IMG/VR virus record: IMGVR_UViG_3300031519_008035
Coordinates: 1 to 50,202 of that record
Length of the DNA: 50,202 bases
Reading direction: 5' to 3' (one strand)
Origin: a virus
Lineage: Duplodnaviria > Caudoviricetes
Every line of letters begins with the position of its first letter. The stretch's first letter is position 1. Under the pieces are notes generated by a model, which was not told where the DNA came from, made no database searches, and worked only from the letters and a program-made list of their open reading frames with translations. Of this stretch, positions 44,908 through 50,202 are shown piece after piece. Both the position numbers and the translations under genes were made by a program.

Positions 44908-45984
44908 ATGTTTTGTACACAACCATTTAATCATATAGACGTCGTAGTCGAAAACGACAAAGTACTCCTACAGCCATGTAACGTCTGGACCGCTGAAAAA
45001 CTTAACATAAAAGAATATAAAAATAATATACAACAGGTAAAAGATACATTATCCAAAACATATTATTATCCAGGATGTGAAGTGTGTTGTAACGAGGACA
45101 AAAACAATGTCAGATCCAGACGTGTCTCTCAAAATAAGTTTTCGCAAGACAACAATTTTTCAACACAGAAGTTACAAAGTCTAGGTGTAAGATACGGTAC
45201 TTTGTGTAATAGCAAATGTATAATTTGTAGTCATTACCGGTCGTCGTCATGGGTGACAGATGCTGAAAAACTAGGTATGGAAATAAAAGATCAACACAGA
45301 TTTAATAAAAGTCTGCTTCCGGGGGTTGATATTTTCTTTGAAAATTTTGATCTCGATGATCTAAAATTTGTAGAGTTCCATGGTGGCGAACCATTAATGC
45401 AGAAATACCCTACTGAGTTCTTAAGAAAAATTAAAAATCTAGATCAACTGATTGTTAAGTTCAACACAAACCTGACTGTGTTGCCTGCTCCAGAATTACA
45501 GGAGTTGCTGAAAAAATGTAAAAGGGTTGATTTCCTTTTGAGTGTAGACGACACCGGCGATAGGTATGAGATTTTGAGATTCCCGGGCAAGTGGGATATA
45601 TTTGTAAAGAATATGGAAATAATAAAGAAACTAAATCACAGAGTGATAGCATATAACTGTTTGTCATCATTGAATATATTTTATTGTGTGGATTTTTACA
45701 AATGGGCCATACGAAATTTTGGTACCGAGGTTCACTCTCAGATGGTCACGGATCGTAAGATGTTAGACATCAGTTATCTGCCACAACGGGCAAAGGATGT
45801 AGTCCTAGAAAAAATAAAAAATCACAAAGGAAAAACATTTAACGCTATCCGTGAGAAATTAAATGTGCAAAATGATGATCACAGCCAGGAACTTTTAGAG
45901 TATGTGAAAAGGTTGGATCAAATAAGAAAAACCAATTATCCAGACACTTTTAGGGAATGGTACACGATATTAAACACAAAATAG
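44908..45984 (+). CDS. Radical SAM protein with N-terminal twitch-like domain
   Basis: FCTQPF...PCN...GCEVC, CNSKCIIC, FHGGEPL. Visibly AT-richer than gp46. Confidence 0.85.
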   Translation: MFCTQPFNHIDVVVENDKVLLQPCNVWTAEKLNIKEYKNNIQQVKDTLSKTYYYPGCEVCCNEDKNNVRSRRVSQNKFSQDNNFSTQKLQSLGVRYGTLCNSKCIICSHYRSSSWVTDAEKLGMEIKDQHRFNKSLLPGVDIFFENFDLDDLKFVEFHGGEPLMQKYPTEFLRKIKNLDQLIVKFNTNLTVLPAPELQELLKKCKRVDFLLSVDDTGDRYEILRFPGKWDIFVKNMEIIKKLNHRVIAYNCLSSLNIFYCVDFYKWAIRNFGTEVHSQMVTDRKMLDISYLPQRAKDVVLEKIKNHKGKTFNAIREKLNVQNDDHSQELLEYVKRLDQIRKTNYPDTFREWYTILNTK

Positions 45985-46016
45985 TGTAGTTTGGTGAAAT
46001 TATCGACATTTTTATG

Positions 46017-46046
46017 TTGACAGAACCACTTCTTACGTGCTTTAAT
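46017..46046 (+). promoter_or_regulatory. Sigma70-type promoter for the Hc1-like gene
   Basis: TTGACA (46017-46022), 18 nt, TTTAAT preceded by TG. Strong AAGGAAGGA RBS before ATG 46099. Confidence 0.5.
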
Positions 46047-46098
46047 AACACTAACGTTAATTAATGTTATCGTACGACAACTAAAAGGAAGGACTAAT

Positions 46099-46293
46099 AT
46101 GTCACAACAAACACATGACTCAATCATGACAGCGATTCAAACTTACTCAGAAGAGAATGGGAAGTTCGTTGATAAGGGTGTAAAAGCCTCTGCAACAAGG
46201 GCCAGAAAGGCTTTAGCAGAATTATCAAAGTTGATCAAAGCAAGAAGAAAAGAGATTCAAGAAGTTAAGAACGCGGCAAAAACAGCGGCGTAA
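46099..46293 (+). CDS. Histone H1-like (Hc1-family) small DNA-binding protein
   Basis: KFVDKGVKASATRARKALAELSKLIKARRKEI matches the Hc1-family KGNKAAxxRARK pattern. Confidence 0.75.
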   Translation: MSQQTHDSIMTAIQTYSEENGKFVDKGVKASATRARKALAELSKLIKARRKEIQEVKNAAKTAA

Positions 46294-46315
46294 TCGATCA
46301 ATTGAATTGCAATTC

Positions 46316-46352
46316 AAAAGACCCCTAGCTATTTTTAGTTGGGGGTTTTTTT
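46316..46352 (+). terminator. Intrinsic terminator, probably bidirectional
   Basis: AAAAGACCCCTAGCTA-TTTT-TAGTTGGGGGTTTTTTT between convergent genes. Confidence 0.85.
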
Positions 46353-46758
46353 ATGACTTAAGGATTCCTTTGCCATGTACCCTCACACGGATATGACCAT
46401 TATAGTAATCATTGGTCTCTAAGACCTTACGTGAGAACTGCTCTCGTGCTTCCACATAAGATAACTCTGATCTTGATTTACAGTAGAACAGTATCTCCCT
46501 CTTGAAGTTTTCTTTGCCCAGTTTGAGGATGTCCATGGTCAGCTCATCACTTGATCCGTAGTAGTCCTGCCAGTCCGAGTCCACTTTATATCTACGCTTG
46601 TTCCTGTTTCCCTTGAGCGGTGGTCTGGATCTATTGAACCTGGCTAGTTTCTTGCCTATGTATTTCCTACCGTTGGTTGTGTTTGTTATCTCATACACGA
46701 AACCCTCACAGTCCGCGGGCAAGATGGCAATCTCATTTCCTTGGTAGGTCCAATCCAT
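46351..46758 (-). CDS. GIY-YIG family endonuclease
   Basis: GFVYEITNTTNGRKYIGKK, YYGSS, FKREIL, E-helix, YYN. Confidence 0.85.
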   Translation of the reverse strand: MDWTYQGNEIAILPADCEGFVYEITNTTNGRKYIGKKLARFNRSRPPLKGNRNKRRYKVDSDWQDYYGSSDELTMDILKLGKENFKREILFYCKSRSELSYVEAREQFSRKVLETNDYYNGHIRVRVHGKGILKS

Positions 46759-46759
46759 T

Positions 46760-47857
46760 TTAAGAGTCCAACTGTTTGTAAATTTTGTGTGTTAGTGTGT
46801 TCTCTCCGGCGATGCTGTCAAAAACTTGTTGTATGTGTGTGTAATAATGAAGTTTACGTTGATTCCAGAAATGCTGATAGTTGTGCTGTGCAATCTGTTC
46901 CATCTGTGCCTGTGCCAACTTGTCATTTTTAATGTGTGTTAAGAAGCTCTCTAGATAGGGCAGTTTTTTTTCTAACGCAGTTTCTGTGTGCCACTGCTGA
47001 TAAAATCCGTTGTCATACAAACGATATCCGTGGGCCAACAAACGATCGTACATGGGTTTATGACCCAGATGCACCACAGGAATACCCAATAGGATGGGTC
47101 TGAATGTTTTTTCTGTACACTGCACATTGCCGGAATTCCTAGTTTCGAGTATCAGTTCACAGAATATTTGTTCATACATTTTAAAATTGGGCAGGCCGTT
47201 TCCAAACGATGTGAGTGCGGATATGTGTTGTCCAGAGCCGTACTGTTGTGTGAAGTGTTGCAATACATCAGCGGCTTTGTTATATAGAGCAGTACTATTG
47301 GTTGATAGTGATGGGAAAAAGTCTTTCCACAGTGCCGACTCTTGTAGATAGGTTCCCACAGTTTTTCTAAAATCGTCTTTGAACACTGTTTGAATGGAAA
47401 ACATTTTTGTAGGCTGACGTTTTTTGTGCAGTAGTTTGGACAGCAACAGCACAAAACTGTGACTTAGCTTGTTTTCATTAGTATCTATAGAATAAATTTT
47501 TATGTTATTGTAGACATTGATATAATAGCCATTAACTATCATATTGATATCTGTTGTCATGGCAACAGTGTTTAAACGATCCAGTAACGAATCTGTAAAT
47601 AAAAACGGATGATTGTTAGATATCGTTAAGGTTTCCACCCGTTGTTGTTGTAACAGGTCTATAAGAATTTCTGTGTGTTCTATAACAAACTGTTCGTACA
47701 CTATTAAATGTTTTACCGGGCTCTGTTTGCACAGTTCTAATAACTGTGATTGGTCGATCGGACTGATTGATATCCCTCCCAAATTGTAGCAGAAATCAAC
47801 GAGCCAATCCGGAAGTTCTAGACCGTAAATTGGTATTATCCTGTCAGCTAATTGCAT
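46760..47857 (-). CDS. Putative glycosyltransferase-like protein (GT10/GT-B-like C-terminus)
   Basis: ILETR....QCTEKTFRPILLGIPVVHLG...LLAHGYRLYD...IAQHNYQHF, resembling the TEK motif of fucosyltransferase-type folds. Confidence 0.45.
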   Translation of the reverse strand: MQLADRIIPIYGLELPDWLVDFCYNLGGISISPIDQSQLLELCKQSPVKHLIVYEQFVIEHTEILIDLLQQQRVETLTISNNHPFLFTDSLLDRLNTVAMTTDINMIVNGYYINVYNNIKIYSIDTNENKLSHSFVLLLSKLLHKKRQPTKMFSIQTVFKDDFRKTVGTYLQESALWKDFFPSLSTNSTALYNKAADVLQHFTQQYGSGQHISALTSFGNGLPNFKMYEQIFCELILETRNSGNVQCTEKTFRPILLGIPVVHLGHKPMYDRLLAHGYRLYDNGFYQQWHTETALEKKLPYLESFLTHIKNDKLAQAQMEQIAQHNYQHFWNQRKLHYYTHIQQVFDSIAGENTLTHKIYKQLDS

Positions 47858-47863
47858 AATTGG

Positions 47864-47869
47864 TATTTA
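47864..47869 (-). promoter_or_regulatory. T4-like late promoter core TAAATA
   Basis: 6 nt upstream of ATG 47857. Confidence 0.55.
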
Positions 47870-47913
47870 AACTCAATATGATTGGACAGTTTTTTTTTAT
47901 GTGTTATATAGTA

Positions 47914-48352
47914 GTGAAGGGCAACAGTATCCTTCCACCAGGCAAACAAATTTCCCATAGGCAAACATAGCATCTTCTCAGTGAGCAGTGAAATGCACCG
48001 GATAACGGGATAAGTGAATCACTTGATGCACCATACAAAAATGATGAGGCTCTTAGAAAAAGATAATCCTCAAGTTTACCAAGAACCATTATACAGGGGT
48101 TTGGTAGGCTCGCGTTGTAATAGAATGAGCAAACGGGTACAGCACAACCGCCCGACGAGAGTAGCGATGTATAGTGACTGCGAACTCACCACAGGGTTCC
48201 CAATCAGTTCTGCTAGCAATAGCAGAATTGTGACTGCTCATCTACCACAGAGTACGCATATGCGTACACCGTTAATTTTTTGCTTTGCGTAAGCGTAAAT
48301 TAAGAAAAGAAACGAGCATAGCGAAGTTTCAGATGACTGCAAGTCATCTTTT
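47914..48352 (+). ncRNA. Candidate structured non-coding RNA (alternatively a structured replication origin)
   Basis: Dense hairpins with G-U pairs and GNRA loops on the + strand, an 8-bp long-range helix, an upstream TGGACA-18-TATAGT promoter and a terminal hairpin followed by TTT. Confidence 0.55.
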
Positions 48353-48372
48353 GCATGACCTTAAGTATTAGC

Positions 48373-49143
48373 ATGGAACTACTCTTTGATCACACCCACG
48401 GCAAACAGGAACACCAGGATCTTGTGATATGCCGACCCATGGCTGTCGTTGACGAGGACGAATCAATAGAGGCCCTTGACACCGGTTGGCTGGCGCTGGA
48501 TCACCCTGTGGGCAATTTCAAGGAAGTGTGGTACCAGAGCCGTAGCACACGTATCAATATGCAGAAGCACAGGCCACGTTACAAGCGGCACGTGTGGGAA
48601 GGCCGGGAGATCGGCATAAAAGTGATTGACGCCAGTGAGATGGTCAAGCTGTTGGGACTTCCCCACATATACCAACAGTACATGGCTAGAAAAAAATTTA
48701 CACAGGACTACGATCCCTTTGCCCACTACCATGCACGTGACCAGTTCATGCTGTTCTACACAGGCACGGCTGACAACATACTGGGATTCACCAAACAGAA
48801 GCGATACAGATACCAAGAGGACAACTACGCCATGGATGAGCGATACCCGGACCTGGCGGGGCTGGAGTCAGTTATACACGCCAACACTGTTCCCATATCG
48901 GACCTCACGCTGGACCTGGAGCTGGAATGGGCCGCTGAGAACTACGTAGCGTACTTCTACATGGGGTCGGGCTATGAAACTAGCTCAGAGTACAAGGCCA
49001 ACTACAGGGGCTTCGAATGGTGGACGGGCACCGAGTGGAGTACCAATAAAAAGTTGTACAGGAGTCTGTGTAGGAGGGATTCTAGGGTCGAGACTTTTGC
49101 GGATGTCGCCAAGTGCCAGTCACTGATTCCCGATACTTTGTAG
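48373..49143 (+). CDS. Aminoacyl-tRNA-protein transferase (ATE1/Bpt-like)
   Basis: ALDTGW and WYQSRSTRI (ATE N-domain-like), YFYMGSGYETSSEYKANYRGFEWWTGTEW (ATE C-terminal YLGY...YK..F...E...W-like). Start ATG 48373 after TAAGTA. Confidence 0.65.
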   Translation: MELLFDHTHGKQEHQDLVICRPMAVVDEDESIEALDTGWLALDHPVGNFKEVWYQSRSTRINMQKHRPRYKRHVWEGREIGIKVIDASEMVKLLGLPHIYQQYMARKKFTQDYDPFAHYHARDQFMLFYTGTADNILGFTKQKRYRYQEDNYAMDERYPDLAGLESVIHANTVPISDLTLDLELEWAAENYVAYFYMGSGYETSSEYKANYRGFEWWTGTEWSTNKKLYRSLCRRDSRVETFADVAKCQSLIPDTL

Positions 49144-49636
49144 ACCAGTTGTTGTAGTAGTCCGATTTCTCTAATATGTCAGCGAACTTCTTGAGTTTGG
49201 TCCTGCGTTGCACCAACAACAACGTGTACTTGCCTTGATTCAATTTCACGTCTTTCACCTTTTCCACCAACCTGGGATGGTCTTCCATGATCAACAGATC
49301 TCGATTTGCGTATGTGCCATTCAGTTGTGCCGCCAATTTCTGTGTGTAGTGTGGAGTCCATCTTTTTGCGTCTGCTATGATCACCAGGACGTCTTTCTTT
49401 TCAAAATCAAAATGATCTATGCTGGTCCATATGTTGGAGTCAGGCTCCATGTCTGTAAGTTCCACGAAGTCCACCTTGCCCTGCATCCTGGCCTGCTTGG
49501 CGTACGGACACGGAGGGTAGTCAGCGAACATGGGGTGTGGCACCTCCACGAACTCCTTGACCCACTGGATCACTTCCTCCCGTGGATTACTCTTCGTCTT
49601 CTGCTTTGATTTCTGTTTCTTGTGTTGAGTCTTCAT
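49082..49636 (-). CDS. Hypothetical protein, DUF1415-like (CPYA motif)
   Basis: QWVKEFVEVPHP...PPCPYAK...DHP...LLLVQR...YY.NW. 3' end overlaps the convergent ATE-like gene by 62 nt. Confidence 0.55.
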   Translation of the reverse strand: MKTQHKKQKSKQKTKSNPREEVIQWVKEFVEVPHPMFADYPPCPYAKQARMQGKVDFVELTDMEPDSNIWTSIDHFDFEKKDVLVIIADAKRWTPHYTQKLAAQLNGTYANRDLLIMEDHPRLVEKVKDVKLNQGKYTLLLVQRRTKLKKFADILEKSDYYNNWSTKYRESVTGTWRHPQKSRP

Positions 49637-49898
49637 GTATGCCTTTTATTTTTTCCAGTGCTTCGTCCAACAACTTGCCCTTGGTATCCAACTTGGCCTC
49701 CAGGTCCGCTATCTGCTTGTTCTGTTCGCCTATCTTGTGTCCCACCGTCTTCACGTCCTGTGTGGAGTGTTCCAGTTTGATCAGAACCTGCTTCATCCGG
49801 CTTTCCTTGGCCTTGACTTTGTCCAAGGCATCATCACGGTCTTTTGTGATTTCTACGATTTCAGCTTTGAGTTCTTTGACTAGGTCTTTCTCAGACAT
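49587..49898 (-). CDS. Coiled-coil hypothetical protein
   Basis: 103 aa, K/E/D-rich with heptad pattern. Confidence 0.7.
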   Translation of the reverse strand: MSEKDLVKELKAEIVEITKDRDDALDKVKAKESRMKQVLIKLEHSTQDVKTVGHKIGEQNKQIADLEAKLDTKGKLLDEALEKIKGIHEDSTQETEIKAEDEE

Positions 49899-49951
49899 AC
49901 AAGTAGTAATTATCGGGTTTGTTGGTTGCCATTAAAGTATTATATAACGAT

Positions 49952-50164
49952 CTAGAAGAAAGGTTGACCGCTTTTCTTGGTAGTTTCCATGTTTTCTTTT
50001 ACCAACTGTGACACTATTGCACGTTCGTCTGGTGACAGATTGAGTGATTCCTGCCATGCCATTCCACCACGCATGAACCAGCATATCTTCATTAGTTCCA
50101 GTTTTAGATTTTTCGTTTCGTTGTCGAAGTCCTTGAGGTAGGAGACGATGTCAGAGTTGTCCAT
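49952..50164 (-). CDS. Tail/baseplate assembly chaperone, C-terminal part (gp51/GT-like)
   Basis: LMKICWFMRGGMAWQESLNLSPDERAIV...ENME. Open in the -1 frame back to the slippery site of the upstream gene. Confidence 0.65.
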   Translation of the reverse strand: MDNSDIVSYLKDFDNETKNLKLELMKICWFMRGGMAWQESLNLSPDERAIVSQLVKENMETTKKSGQPFF

Positions 50165-50175
50165 TGACAGTAGCT

Positions 50176-50202
50176 TTACCCGAAAAAATTTGAGTTATCA
50201 AA
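50176..50202 (-). CDS. 3' end of a baseplate hub assembly/tail chaperone (gp26/G-like), partial
   Basis: FDNSNFFG* at the window edge. The ..NFF terminus is typical of this chaperone class, but only 8 codons are visible. Confidence 0.45.
   Translation of the reverse strand, partial: FDNSNFFG
50182..50188 (-). other. Putative -1 programmed ribosomal frameshift site T TTT TTC
   Basis: X XXY YYZ heptamer in the correct phase. The -1 frame reads FFRVKLLS into ATG 50164. Confidence 0.65.

Noticed and set aside
48041-48062. ATGATGAG...GAAA resembling a hammerhead ribozyme core
   Set aside because: First core base is A rather than C, there is no credible stem II, and the segment folds into a different hairpin.
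48160-48185. GATGTATAGTGAC resembling the group I intron S element, with a GIY-YIG gene nearby
   Set aside because: No matching R element/P7 partner and no interrupted host gene on either side.
48014-48292. 92-aa + strand ORF and 61-aa - strand ORF (47904-48089) in the intergenic element
   Set aside because: GTG or weak starts, no recognisable protein features, and the sequence is better explained by base-paired structure.
1-50202. tRNA, rRNA, CRISPR arrays, IS elements, stop-codon reassignment
   Set aside because: None seen. Genes tile tightly under the standard code with TAA, TAG and TGA all used as stops, and no regularly spaced repeat array is present.

Overview
About 50 kb from a large T4-like (myovirus/jumbo-type) phage genome. 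Minus strand 40.8 kb to 8.3 kb is a contractile-tail baseplate/fibre module: tube-initiator-like, gp53-like, hub, gp5/VgrG-like spike, gp25, gp6, a 4,335-aa multidomain virion protein, three paralogous fibre proteins and a Gly-rich adhesin with a C-terminal Hint domain. A hydroxylase-SDR-GNAT cassette sits inside this module. It is followed (8.3 kb to 1) by an enzyme cluster of glycosyltransferase-like, radical SAM, SGNH-like and 2OG-Fe(II) oxygenase genes. Plus strand 40.9-46.3 kb carries the late sigma factor gp55, gp47/gp46 (Mre11/Rad50), another radical SAM and an Hc1-like histone protein. The right end holds a GIY-YIG nuclease, a GT-like gene, a ~430-nt highly structured non-coding element, an ATE/Bpt-like aminoacyl-tRNA-protein transferase, and a tail-chaperone pair joined by a canonical -1 slippery site. 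The most notable signals are: a probable virion-decoration system (modifying enzymes plus a strongly repeated DGS[T/S] motif and S/T-rich tails ending in Gly-Tyr in virion proteins); a non-splicing Hint adhesin coupled to three tailoring enzymes; a candidate unclassified structured RNA or origin; apparently leaderless late transcripts; and the frameshift. All calls come from reading motifs by eye; no database searches were run and the host is not determinable from this window.
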